DNA of 64,000 bases from Sphyrna mokarran (GCA_024679065.1 JAGIQG010000013.1:36270001-36334000); one strand, 5' to 3'. Positions 52,701 through 62,020 are shown, counted from the first letter of the stretch. Notes: generated by a model not told the origin, from the letters alone. Numbers and translations are program-made.

Positions 52701-55700
52701 TGCTTTTCATGCACACACATACATTCTTTTCATTTTCTCTTTTTATGTCACTGAATTCAACTATATCCATTCTTAGGATTTTGTTCTCTTTCTCTCTCAT
52801 CCGACTACCAATCAATTCTGCGTCTAGATCTCAGCTTGCCTACTTAATTGAATTCTCCCTTCTCCCACCTCAAGTCCCGTCAGGATTGCAAATTATCTAA
52901 TAATACATCACCCATTACTGCAACAACTATTCCCTCATGAATTGGCTGCACTGATTACTTTACTCGGTTTTCTGCTAATTGGTACAAATAAAAAAATAAA
53001 TACAGCGATTCTTCCCCCTTGTCTCTGGATATGTTTGTTGAACTCTGCATGTTCCACAATGATATTTTAGTGAGATTGAAATATATCTCTATTCATAGAG
53101 AAATTTATATACATGACTTTACTCTCTTCGATCCTCGAGGTAATTCAAATGTTGTCTGCACAGTTGACCATTACATACTGAAGTGTACTGACCTTCTCAT
53201 AGTCTGACTTCCCTTTAAGAACCCAAGTGGTTCAAAATGGAGTGAATTGTTTATGTAACTTATCATGATTCAGCCTGATTAAGGCCTACAACCTTCTTGA
53301 ACCACTCCAGTGGAGGTAGAGGTAGAGATTTTTCTACCATCTTTTTACATCTCATGACATCGTTCCATGTCATTGTGTTGTTGGGCTGGAGTAGTTTCAA
53401 CAACTCCTGAAAACTGTCAGTTTCAAACACTAACTTTATTGTAACGTATTTACAGTTATGAAAATATTCCAAACTATATTCTACTGGACTTTCAGATCAC
53501 ACGAGTATAATCACTTCCTCAGTCTATTAGACTAAATCCTACAATGGGTTTACTGTAATCTACTCAAATATATTATGGCTAAGATCGAGAAACAAAAGCA
53601 CCCTCTTGAACCAGAAAATTACTGCTTCCTAATTCACTTTTTTCTTTCGTAAGAGCTGAATATCCAACTTACAAAGATGGAAACAGAATGAGTAAGCCTT
53701 CAATATTGATCACTATTGCCAAAGTTCGCCACGGTCGAATAAAGTATCCAAGTAGTGCATACAGAGAAATTCCAACAGCAAATGAAAGGCTCTGTAATGA
53801 CCCTAGGAAGATAAAAAGTATTTTCTTAAATTTCATGTTAATTTAACAAGTTTTTTTTTTAAAATCACTGTTTTGTCTGATAGTTATCAAATTACCTGTG
53901 TTAGCCACAACTAAGAGCAACTTCTTCCAGCCCAATATTCTATTCATTCAAGTTCTTCACACTGGGCCCCTTGAGCAAAAACTCAAAGTAGTGCATCTTA
54001 TCATTCACAATAACTTTTCCAAAACTGAGCTGAGATGGCAGAGTCAGGTTTTAGATTCTAAACACGTTACTTTTTGTATCAAACATAAAAGTATAGAGCT
54101 GAGACTGTCTGACCAGAGTGAGGCGGGTGAATTAACAAAGGGAATAAAGAAAAAGGTGAAACATAAACAGCAATAGTGCAATAGATCTGCTGCAAAGTCA
54201 CTCGAGGTGAATATCTTAGTAAGATTATACTCTGCATCCCTACTTCTCCCCCCCCACCCCCCCTCCTATAGGATAAAATGGGGCATGGGATTCAGTTCTC
54301 TGTAGAAGAAGAGTAGTCTTTAAGATTATGAAATGGTTTAACAAGATTGGCATACAGAAGATATTTCCATCTCTGGAGAGACCAAAGCCAGGAATTTGTA
54401 AATAAAAGATAGTGACTAATAAATTCAGTAGAATGCAGGAGGATCTTTTTTACCCAAAGTAATACTACCCATCACAAGGAGTTGCTGATACAAACAATAT
54501 AAATGCATTTAAAGGAAGCTGGGTAAACAGAGATGGAAAGAAAAGAATAAAATTTTATTTTGATACCAGTTGAGGAAGAGGATTTGGAGGAGTTTTATGT
54601 GGAATTGAAATGGACCAGTTGGGCCAAATAGTTTGCTCTTATGCTGTAGATTACTATGTAATCTTATAATTAGAGTAGTTCTCCAAACTAAGGGGCAAAA
54701 AATATAAGCAGGACGAAAGACTAGTCTTTATTAGCATTGCTCTGACCAACAGCTTATAACTTCCAGTTTAACCAACAACATTGCAAACCATGGACCACAC
54801 ACGACCCTGCTCCCGCATTCCATGAATAAAATGTGCCTGCAGAAAGAGCATTGGTGCATGCATATGCCTGTTTCATCATATAAAGTAATTAATGGAACAA
54901 GATCAATATCTTACCAGTTAATGCCCAATGAGAAACAGCCACATACTCCTGGAGTAGAACAAAAGATGCCAATGACATTCCTCCATTCATCATGCCAACA
55001 CCAAAACGGCTTATCACAAAAATCTCATATGTAGGAGTAACTCCACTTACAATGCCAAAAAATATATCAAGAGAAAGACCTGGGTAAATAACAAATCATA
55101 TCAATTAGAGTACATACATGTATTTTCATTTAGAAGTAAAACAACTTATAGACTTAAGATAGAGGAATGTAATTTTCATCTTTTTAATTTTTTTCAAATT
55201 TCTGAATGTTGAGTGGAAATGTTTCTGTTGACTTCTGTAATTATCAAATGGCTCACATTTGCCCTCCATGTGTGATGCTACTAAATAAAATTGCCAAAGT
55301 GGGAATTGAAGAGTCACAGAAGTACCCAAATGCAAATTTGATAAGTTATTCTGAGGCAGTATTGGTTAAAAGCAGCGCTTTGCATGTTGGCAAAGAATGC
55401 AGATATTCCTCTATTACTCCAATTTTGCAAAAGCTACAATGAGCTAGCTGCCTTAAGGACATCTGAAATATTATATATCCATCAATAATAATACACTGTG
55501 CTATTTAATACTGATCTTGTGGTTAGCTTTACAAATTTGAGCAGTCTCTGTACAATTACTACACTATCAATGATTATCCTTCAAAAAAGTAAAAACTGTA
55601 CATAAACCCAAACCAACAAAAACCTATATCCTAAGTATTAAAATAGATACAACTAGCTATGTCATTGAAAAGCCAAAGCTTATATAGAGAGTGTAAATTT

Positions 55701-58700
55701 GAGATCATAGGCATATTGGAGTTTTAAATTGAAGCTTACTGAAGGTTTTATGAGCCATACATACTTTTATCAGGGAACAAAAACTTGTATGATTTATATT
55801 GTTTTGATATTTTCTGCTGTATAGTACTAAAGCCCTATTATAAGACCATCTTAAAATCTGGCTCTGTGTGTTAATTTGCAGTCATATACATAAAATGTTC
55901 TGTAAGTGCAAAACTGGAACTTCCAAAATCTTATGCAGCTAAAAATGATAGAGTTATAAAGAGATTGTAAAAAGGTAATTATGCATGAATCCAATTTACT
56001 GTGTAGATTTACAATGCATCAGCTTTTAGTTGAAGTTATTGTAAGTATTTAGCTGCCTCAAATGTGCACTCCTAGATAATGATTGTGTAAATTGACTGAA
56101 GGCACCATACACCTCCCTTACTCACCCCTCAATAGCTCTCCTACCCTCAAACTTTTTCTACTTATATTTTCACTCTCAGGCATTGGAGGCAATAAAATGA
56201 GGTCACACTCTGGAAACAGTTGGGGAGCGCTGTTATATGTTCTCAAAATGTCACACTATTTCTACTTCTGAATCATCCATTTTGACTCTTTATTTCAGTA
56301 TCATCACTATGCAATCCTCCAAACAAAGTGCTGAATCTATGGAACTTGATGCCACAGAGGGCTGTAGAGGCCAGGTTAATGAGTGTTTTTAAAGACAGAG
56401 ATAGATAGTTTCTTGATCAATAAGGGGATCAAGGGTTATGGGAAGAAGGCAGAAGAGTAGGGATAAGGATCACATCAGCCATGATTGAATGGCAGAGAGA
56501 CTCAATAGTTGAATGGCCCAATTCTTTTTCTATATCTATGGTCTTATGGTTTCCCAAGCTGTTAATTTAGGAACTCCTAAATGCTTTTACCTTTTGTTTG
56601 CCTTTATTCTAGAAACCAGCTGCAGGCTGGACAAAATGCTTCAATTGGGATCAGAACCTTCACCTATAATGTGTAGGGAGTTCTATTATTTTGTTGTACT
56701 AATTATGTTAGTCGCTGAACCATTTTTGGTTATTTTATCTTTCATAATAATGAATGAAAGAACCATCAAAATACAACAACTTTCACACTGAGTTTGAGTG
56801 TGTCAGACTCAAGTCCAAAACTGGCCTCTGGATGGGTAAACGACCTGGCAAGGAATAGAGGGGTACAAACCGAGTAAGGGCAGAAGGCTTTTTTTTAAAA
56901 ATTAGGGCATCATGATTGGCATAGGTTTGGAGGGCCGAATGGCCTGCTCCTGTACTGTACTTCTTTTCGTTCCTGCATATTATGTCTTAGATTAAAAGGT
57001 AAATTACCAACACCAATTAAGAGAATATTTCACAATTCTCAACAAATCTACATTCTATTGAGAAATAAATGCTTCACAGAGTTCCAAGGAAGAGATTAAT
57101 CAGTGACTAAAAAAAAGAGGTGAAGAAGAGTTTGAGAGTAAAAGAAATGGCCTATAACATTGCCATGAAGAGCACTAAACGCAAGTATTGGGAAAGTTTT
57201 TGATACTAAAGGATGGCTAAAAGGAAAAAATTGAATAAAGGGAGAGAAAACAAAATGCAAGTGTAAACTAGCTAGAAATAAAATGATTAAGAGCTTTTGT
57301 GAGTACGCAAAAAAGGAAGAACTTAACAAAAGTAAATCTTAATTCTATGGAGGTTGAGACAGAAGAAACTATATTGGGTATTAAGAAATGGTAGACACAT
57401 TAAACAAATACTTTGGACAGAATGTAACGTCTTCTCCCGTAGTGAATTTAGTGATAGGGTTTGCATGTTATCAAGCAGATGGTGAGGATCCTGCTGGCTT
57501 CCCATATCCATTCAAGTTGAGGCACATGTATGCCTTCGTGCCCCACCATTAACTGAGGCCTTTAAGGCACCAAATTTACGTGCATTTAAAGGGCACCATC
57601 TTACTTCTGCTGGTATTAACCCAGCAGCAGCTGGGGGAGTGGGCATGTCATATGGAAAACACAACTAGCAAACCCACTTATTGAGGGAGACAGCTTTGAG
57701 AAAGGGGAGACCAATTGAGAACCAATCACCCACCACTTGCTAGCAAATCCTTCCCATGTGATTCCCTAATATTCCATATTAGCATGAATAGAGGATTGGA
57801 TAAAGGACCTAAAAAATAGGAATAAATAGTCATTTTCAGTGTAGCAAGCATTTACTAATGGGGTGCAGCAACCATCAATGTGAAGTCCCAACTGTGATTT
57901 GGAATCCAGTGATGACATTAAACCTCATGTGAGTACCTCCCAGATGGCAACTACCATTCAATAGAGCTATCAGCGTTCTTAGTAGTGGGACTTCCACTTT
58001 CTCAGGCCCCAAATTCCAGGGAAAGTTCATCACTGAATTCATCAATCCTTTTTTAAAAAAAGAGTCGATGTGGCTCTTGCCAGCTTTCCAGCCAACCCCA
58101 TTGAACACTGCCACTCAAAGTATCTGCCTTCACAATAGAAGATACAGAACAATACCAGAAATAGTGGGGAATCAAGGATCTAACGAGAGTGAGGAATTCG
58201 AAGTAAATCACATAAGAAAAAATACTGCACAATAGAAAGGCAACAACTTCCCCGGATTTGCTGACCTACATTGTGGGTTTAAAAGAGAGGCTAGAGCGAT
58301 AGTGGGTGCAATGGTTGTAATCTTACAACTAAAATAGCAAATGGAACACGTTCAGAAATGGAGAGAATGGGAAAATATGGAACTGTGGACAACTAATCTG
58401 GTGTCAGCAGTTGGAGAATGTCACTGTCTATGATTATGGAAGTGTTAGCAGGACACTTTGAAGAGAATTATATGATTAGGCAAAAATCAACATTTTATTT
58501 AATAAAAGGGAAATCATATTTGTCAAAGAGTTATTTTGACAATGCAATTAGTAGGGTAGATAAAGAAGAATCGATTGATGTAATATTTTTGAATTTTCAA
58601 AAGGCATTCAATAATGTAATCATGTGAAAGGTTGTTGCAAAAGTTTAGAGCAAATGGGGATATTATATTAGCATGAATAGAGGATTGGATAAAGGACCTA

Positions 58701-61144
58701 AAGCAAATAGGAATAGGCATTTTCAGTTTAGCAAGCTTATGGCGTGCAGCAACCAATGTGAAGCCCCAAATACTTACAACCCATTTCAATAACCCAGGTA
58801 AAGAAATTGAATGCAATGCATCCAAGCTTACCGAGAACACAAGTCAGATGGAAAGTAAGTGGCAAGAAAAACAGAATTTGTAAAGGGTTTTGGTAGTTTA
58901 ATGAAGAAATGTGGGGAAAGGTGTTATCCACTTTGGTAGAAATAATAGAAAACTGATTTTTCAAATGAAAAAACTATTAGGGGAATTTGGATACCCAAGG
59001 GCAAGAAATACAGAAAGCCAACCAACATATACATCAAGCACTAGGCAGGCAATGGCCTAGTTGTATTATCACTAGACTATTAATCTAGAGTCTCAGCTAA
59101 TGTTCTGGTGACCAGAATTCAAATCCTGCTACAGCAGCTGGTGGAATTTGAATTCAATAAAAAAGTCTGGAAATGAAGAATCCACCGATGAGCATGAAAT
59201 CGTTGTTGATTGTTGGAAAAACCCATCTCATTTAATAATGGTCTTTAAGTAGGGAAATGTGTTATCCTCACTTGGTTTGCCTTGCATGTGACTCTCAATT
59301 GCCCAAGGGCATCAAGAGATGGGCCATAAATACTGGCCAGCCAGCAACTCCCATGGCCTATGAATTAAAAAAAAGTAATTACTAAGGAAAATTAGCCTTT
59401 ATTTCAAGTGAGTTGGAGTACAAAAATAAAGGACTCTTGCAGAAACTGTACAGGGTTCTGATGAGATCAAATCTGAAGCGCCAGTACCAGAATACAGTTT
59501 TGATTTTCATACTTAAAGGCTTGTTTTAGAAAAAGTGCAATTAAGGTTTGCTGGAAGGAGTTCTGAGATGAGAGCATTCACTAGAGTACAATTGGACTAA
59601 ACTCTCTGGAATTAAAAATGAAGGGTGATCTTGTTGAACATAAAATTCCAAGAACATCTAACAAGTGAAATGAGAAATTAGTTTTGCTGGCTAAAGATTC
59701 TAGAAATCAGAAGGATAATCTCTGGATACGTGATGGCCATTTCAAATGAAGATGAGAGAAATTTCTTCACTCAGGAGAATACAATTTATTGGAATTCTCC
59801 ATCGTAGATAGTCCTTGACTAAATTCAAGGCTGTGATTAATTAGCTTTTGGACTCAAACGAAATGAAAAGAATGTAGGCTCATGCAGCAACATCAAACTG
59901 AGATTGAGGTTAAGCCATGATATTAAATGGTGGGGACTGCTGAGCATAATTCTGCTCCTATTTCTTACAATAAGATCATTACTCTCTATCAATGTTCTCA
60001 ATTCATTTTGAATTACTTTCATGTTGACAAGTTGATAAACATCAAAGATACTTTCCCTTTAATCACCATACCTGCCAAGTAAACTTTTTTCCTTCCAAAT
60101 CGATCAGAAAGTTGCCCAAAAATGATTACACCAACCAAGACACCAAAGAAATATATTGAACTGGCCACAACAACTTTGTATGAAGCATCTCCAATGAGGT
60201 ACCACTGTCAAGAAGAGTTCAAATTGTAGTTTAGTTCATTCCAAATGACTAAATATGCCTACTGAAATGTGTAAGATTCTTAGGGGATCAAAAGGATAGA
60301 GACAGGGCATAAACACTAAGGCTGTTTCTTCTTCTGAGGAAAATCTAGAACTTAGGGGCACAGTTTAAAAAAAAAAGGGGTTTTCTACTTGTTACTGAAG
60401 TGAGGAGAAATTTCTATTCTCAGAAGGTCATTAGTCTGGAATTCTCTTCCTTGGAAAGTTGCGTTTACTGTGCCATTGACTAATTCAAGACAGAGTTAGG
60501 CAGATTTTTTAATCTTTAAAAAGCATCACACTTTATCCAATGTTAAAGCGAAATTAACAAATTAAGGGACAAAACGAAAAGGCAACCCCTTAAAAAGGTA
60601 TAGGGAACAGGCAGGAAAAAGTGGAATTAAGGCCAGAATCAGGTCACCATGATTTTATTGAAAGGTGAAGCAGGCAAAAAGGGCCAAATCGTCTACCCCA
60701 TTCCTATTTTCTATGATCTTATAGCCAGAAAACTTCAAGTTTTTGATTATGATCATGTTTTGGCAAGAAAAGACAACTCAAATTCTTCCATAGATTTCAT
60801 ACAGTGCTTCATTTTAATATACCTGAGCACAGCCAAAAATACATTTTCATACTCAGAAGATTTCAATCATAAATTTATGTCAAGATAATAAACTTAAAAT
60901 GAGGTGGCCATTCTACAGAATTTTCACCTACCTCTTTGACTACAGATGAGGAGGCAGAGTCAAAATGAACATGCTTTTTAATCTCAGATTTATTCACCAT
61001 ATGAAGCCAGTGTTTAAAGATCATATTCAGATTGACTGTAGAGTTATCTCTTGTCTGATTCGCTGAAACGTCTCCATAGTCCCAATAAATCGGTAATTCT
61101 GCTCCAACTATAGTCATAAAAACAGCCTGGGCAGCAACATAAAC
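177..61144 (-). CDS. slc22a15: Solute carrier family 22 member 15 (or -like), MFS zwitterion/organic ion transporter; spliced CDS of exons 2-12, 5'-partial (exon 1 outside window)
   Basis: Eleven exons join in frame with AG acceptors and GT (one GC) donors. Motifs: [27 protein letters not shown](H)[58 protein letters not shown] and an acidic C-terminus [12 protein letters not shown]. These match vertebrate SLC22A15 as I recall it. Confidence 0.92.
2614..2802 (-). CDS. slc22a15: slc22a15 exon 11 (189 nt): [32 protein letters not shown]...KPEENKM
   Basis: Acceptor ttgtcag|AAA, donor ATG|gtacat; LPET motif. Confidence 0.9.
5180..6140 (+). mobile_element. Old L2-type LINE 3' remnant, interrupted by a SINE
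   Basis: Degenerate LIHAFV.SRLDYSN / LQ.IQNSAA-like coding (gcctttgttccttctagactctactattcc; gtcatccaaaattctgctgc) and an L2-like tail. Confidence 0.55.
5376..5685 (+). mobile_element. tRNA-derived SINE (HE1/V-SINE-like)
   Basis: Head ggcagcatggtggcacagtgattagcactgctgcctca..., central tgtggagtttacacgtt...tttcctcccacagtccaaa domain, CR1-like tail. Confidence 0.8.
7691..7728. repeat. (GT)19 microsatellite
   Basis: Read directly from the sequence. Confidence 0.97.
8384..10550 (-). mobile_element. Young 5'-truncated CR1 LINE; ORF2 RT with one frameshift near 9404
   Basis: ORFs 9368..10717 and 8463..9404 carry [70 protein letters not shown]; CR1 3' tail at 8384-8435; candidate TSD CTTAC (8379-8383 / 10551-10555). 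Confidence 0.95.
11370..11798 (-). mobile_element. Harbinger-like MITE fragment
   Basis: Reverse complement of 11730-11798 (gggattctcgcaaaaaaattctaagtgctgaatttgc) matches the start of the 18674 copy. Confidence 0.6.
14242..14870 (+). mobile_element. CR1 fragment (ORF1 end / ORF2 start)
   Basis: Paralogous to 15950-16590 (aaaaggtagtgatctcaggatta...; aaggctctgtg.cttaat...). Confidence 0.75.
14870..18517 (+). mobile_element. Decayed near-full-length CR1 LINE: 5'UTR, ORF1 (zinc finger plus esterase), ORF2 APE and partial RT with an internal deletion near 17995, 3' tail
   Basis: [60 protein letters not shown] and QHGFM, then a jump to [11 protein letters not shown]; many stops and frameshifts. 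Confidence 0.85.
18674..19616 (+). mobile_element. Harbinger-like MITE, apparently full length
   Basis: Imperfect TIRs gggtggaattttccc / gggagaatcacagc; internal tgcatgcgcagt block and C-rich middle. Confidence 0.6.
20036..20333 (+). mobile_element. HE1/V-SINE-like SINE
   Basis: cacagtggttagcactactgcttcacagc head, tgtgtggagtttgcacattctcccc core, tail. Confidence 0.85.
20620..21510 (+). pseudogene. Decayed PIF/Harbinger (HARBI1-like) DDE transposase
   Basis: Fragments [74 protein letters not shown] span the three catalytic regions; frameshifted. Confidence 0.85.
22350..24210 (+). mobile_element. Young 5'-truncated CR1 LINE (RT; one in-frame TAG at 23184-23186) with an extended 3' region containing a V-SINE-like domain
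   Basis: ORFs 22341..23186 and 23205..23786 are in the same frame with full RT motifs (FADD); tail gggccgaagggcctgttt...ctttgttc ends near 24210. Confidence 0.93.
24412..24484 (-). CDS. slc22a15: slc22a15 exon 10 (73 nt): [25 protein letters not shown]
   Basis: Acceptor ccacag|G, donor CTG|gtttgt. Confidence 0.92.
25558..25678 (-). CDS. slc22a15: slc22a15 exon 9 (121 nt): [41 protein letters not shown]
   Basis: Acceptor tttacag|GC, donor AG|gtaagt. Confidence 0.93.
25757..26175 (-). mobile_element. HE1/V-SINE-like SINE with an internal ~105-bp duplication
   Basis: Reverse-complement SINE head at 26130-26175; acaat..ccacctaggctc.atccc...ccccacatattta occurs at 25817 and 25925. Confidence 0.8.
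26430..26710 (+). mobile_element. CR1 3' fragment
   Basis: gagaaatttcttcttgcaaagggtggtgaatc...ccatgatcatattgaatggtggagcagg tail. Confidence 0.7.
27560..29310 (+). mobile_element. Decayed L2/CR1-group LINE, RT region and 3' tail
   Basis: [54 protein letters not shown]; tail gggcaactagggatgggcaataaatgctggcc...gaataaaaaa. Confidence 0.85.
30930..31260 (-). mobile_element. HE1/V-SINE-like SINE
   Basis: Reverse-complement head and core; catagaatc tail. Confidence 0.85.
32820..33187 (+). mobile_element. Older solitary Penelope pseudo-LTR / 3' end
   Basis: Diverged copy of 36450-36800 (aaacctcacttact..tgtctggaga; gccactttaa.acttgaatagca; ccagtccaacgcc.gcatct); degenerate hammerhead core at ~33057-33090. 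Confidence 0.8.
34147..34178 (-). ncRNA. Minimal (Penelope-type) hammerhead ribozyme core
   Basis: GC-CTGAGGA-A-GAC-acagga-GTC-GAAA-GCTC-GC: CUGANGA and GAAA boxes, 3-bp stem II, palindromic AGCT helix III, CUC triplet. Confidence 0.6.
36670..36701 (+). ncRNA. Minimal hammerhead ribozyme core (second pseudo-LTR)
   Basis: Identical core, gcctgaggaagacacaggagtcgaaagctcgc. Confidence 0.6.
37683..37768 (-). CDS. slc22a15: slc22a15 exon 8 (86 nt): [28 protein letters not shown], ending at a GC donor
   Basis: Acceptor ccattag|G; donor AAG|gcaaga gives the phase-1 end that exon 9 requires. Confidence 0.85.
38870..39478 (+). mobile_element. 3' fragment of the 27560-type L2/CR1-group LINE
   Basis: Same 3' region and tail (ggcaactagggatggacaataaatgctg); ends ~30 nt from the exon 7 donor. 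Confidence 0.75.
39511..39651 (-). CDS. slc22a15: slc22a15 exon 7 (141 nt): [47 protein letters not shown]
   Basis: Acceptor cctcag|G, donor TG|gtgagt. Confidence 0.93.
39730..39958 (+). mobile_element. Short 3' fragment of the same LINE family
   Basis: aacaccaccac...catcctgacttgga...cagcagttca... Confidence 0.6.
40889..41104 (-). CDS. slc22a15: slc22a15 exon 6 (216 nt): [18 protein letters not shown]...[20 protein letters not shown]
   Basis: Acceptor ttgtag|G, donor TG|gtatgt; overlaps ORF 40846..41061. Confidence 0.93.
41460..42125 (+). mobile_element. Rex1/Babar LINE 3' fragment
   Basis: VESFKFLG-like coding, (caaat)n-like tail gacaataacaaatcaaat; homologous to 46300-47025. Confidence 0.7.
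42560..42820 (+). mobile_element. CR1 3' fragment
   Basis: ttttacacagaggtgg...ggaacgcactgcct...ggagggccgaagggcctgttcctgtgctg. Confidence 0.8.
43151..44138. mobile_element. Possible solo LTR (~1 kb)
   Basis: Degenerate termini ctttatga / tcatagca resemble TGTTATGA...TCATAACA; non-coding; interrupts pogo-like sequence. No TSD found. Confidence 0.35.
44620..45378 (+). mobile_element. Harbinger-like MITE with a C18 tract
   Basis: Family blocks (tgcatgcgccaatctgtcag; ggagtgaaatactc); end gggatgggagaattgcaccc. Confidence 0.65.
45915..47025 (+). mobile_element. Rex1/Babar LINE, RT fragment to 3' tail
   Basis: [51 protein letters not shown]; tail caataataaaccaagtcaaat. Confidence 0.85.
47445..48493 (+). 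mobile_element. Harbinger-like MITE containing a CR1 3' fragment (~48000-48350)
   Basis: Ends gggagcattctac / cagagaatcaccc; the inner segment is homologous to the CR1 tail at 18200-18500. Confidence 0.55.
48868..49989. mobile_element. Possible solo LTR with a SINE inserted
   Basis: Termini tgtga...tcaca; the start resembles the 43151 element (tgatcc...). No TSD seen. Confidence 0.3.
49540..49865 (-). mobile_element. HE1/V-SINE-like SINE
   Basis: Complete reverse-complement head, core and tail. Confidence 0.85.
51198..53577 (-). mobile_element. Decayed Gypsy (Mag-like) LTR retrotransposon: 5'LTR 53577-53368, gag-protease, pol deleted, PPT, 3'LTR 51895-51198 (split by a MITE)
   Basis: ~210-bp direct repeats; ...ACA|TGG at the 5'LTR/PBS junction; PPT AGGGGAGA before the 3'LTR. 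Peptides [54 protein letters not shown], zinc knuckle [14 protein letters not shown] and [11 protein letters not shown]. Confidence 0.75.
51261..51744. mobile_element. MITE inserted in the Gypsy 3'LTR
   Basis: Absent from the 5'LTR copy (aacac|taactttattgtaac); right end aaaattccaccc is complementary to the gggtggaatttt TIR at 18674. Confidence 0.7.
53673..53802 (-). CDS. slc22a15: slc22a15 exon 5 (130 nt): [36 protein letters not shown]...
   Basis: Acceptor ttcctag|GG, donor TT|gtaagt. Confidence 0.93.
54300..54660 (+). mobile_element. Old CR1 3' fragment
   Basis: Degenerate ORF2 end and tail (ggaccagttgggccaaatag...tgctgtaga). Confidence 0.55.
54915..55079 (-). CDS. slc22a15: slc22a15 exon 4 (165 nt): [13 protein letters not shown]...[23 protein letters not shown]...WALT
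   Basis: Acceptor acccag|GT, donor ACTG|gtaaga. Confidence 0.93.
56320..56550 (+). mobile_element. CR1 3' fragment
   Basis: gaatctatggaac...cagccatgattgaatggcagag...tatggtcttatgg. Confidence 0.75.
57080..59965 (+). mobile_element. Heavily decayed CR1 ORF2 remnants, with a SINE inserted at 59043-59373
   Basis: [26 protein letters not shown] and 3'-tail remnants. Confidence 0.6.
59043..59373 (+). mobile_element. Deu-domain SINE (SacSINE1-like)
   Basis: Head ggcaatggcctag.tgtattatcactagact; central gaaaaacccatct...agggaaat...tcctcacttggt; tail gatgggccataaatactggccagcc...aattaaaaaaaa, shared with the 27560 LINE. Confidence 0.7.
60072..60204 (-). CDS. slc22a15: slc22a15 exon 3 (133 nt): [11 protein letters not shown]...[15 protein letters not shown]
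   Basis: Acceptor tgacag|TGG, donor GCAG|gtatgg; contains MFS motif A (DRFGRK). Not in the ORF track. Confidence 0.93.
60255..60720 (+). mobile_element. CR1 3' fragment
   Basis: gtgaggagaaatttctattctcagaaggtc...ccatgattttattgaa...tail. Confidence 0.65.
60932..61144 (-). CDS. slc22a15: slc22a15 exon 2 (213 nt, phase 0-0): [18 protein letters not shown]...[16 protein letters not shown]
   Basis: Acceptor ttcttcag|GTT, donor GAG|gtaggt; extracellular loop with NQT/NST/NKS sequons. Confidence 0.9.
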
Positions 61145-61164
61145 CTGAAGAAAGGAGTCAGTAG

Positions 61165-61192
61165 GTGAGTGAGCGAGTGAGTGAGTGAGTGA
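61165..61192 (-). promoter_or_regulatory. (TCAC)n repeat forming a YCAY cluster / branch-point region at the exon 2 acceptor
   Basis: Six TCAC units and one TCGC unit, 21-48 nt upstream of exon 2 on the transcribed strand. Confidence 0.45.
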
Positions 61193-61499
61193 GGTCCGTG
61201 TCAATATTCTGCATTTATGAATGCTCTTGTCAATCAGTCAACCAAGAAATTACCCTAATTTTATAAAGATTTACTTTTACTTTAAAGTTAAAATGTCAAT
61301 ATTCAGAGAAGCCAACAAGGATAGGCTTGAATCAAATGATCAATAATTACTTTCAGGCTGCACCTATTTTGCATCAATGCCCAAAATTATTGACTAAGAT
61401 TTTTACAATGAATAACAATCCATGTAATGGAGTTAGATGCATAGTAAAAAAGAAACTTTAAATCAAAATTTTTCCAAAAAGGAGCTTCTAGGCTTTTCC

Positions 61500-62020
61500 C
61501 CATAACTTTATTTCCTGCCACAACAATAAGTGGTACTAATCAAAACCAAGAATTACATCCTCAGTGACCATGACCATGGTGCACTATTGCTCCTCATCCT
61601 TCTTGACTTCTGCTCAGGCTTTAACAAGGCTAGCCACTTCATCTTTTGCCAATACCTCATCTATTTTCCAGTCAAGTGGGACTTTCTGTGCCTTTCAGAG
61701 CCTATCATGGCCAGAATGTCTCCAGCAATGTTTTTTCCCTGCCCGTGCATCGTTATCTCATGGATCAATCTTTGATTCCCTCCTGTTTCTCACTTACATG
61801 CTTCGCCTTGGTAACATTTGAAATAATCACATCCAGTACAACGTATACTCTGTTAATAAGCAATTCAACATCAACAACTTTCTTGACATCCCCCACCCCC
61901 ACCCATCACTGCATGCAATACTGGAGGAGTGATCATTTTCTACAATTAAACATTTAAATGACTAAAGCTACTATTTTGTACCTTCACCAGAAACTCCATT
62001 CCCTGTCCAATGTTCCAATA
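61500..62020 (+). mobile_element. Old L2 RT fragment
   Basis: LLLILLDFCSGFN (LLDLSAAFD-like) and related degenerate motifs. Confidence 0.55.

Noticed and set aside
53484-53526. Hammerhead-like CTGAGGA...stem...GAAA on the minus strand
   Set aside because: No helix I or III can be formed; it lies in the Gypsy 5'LTR and is absent from the 3'LTR copy, so it is probably chance.
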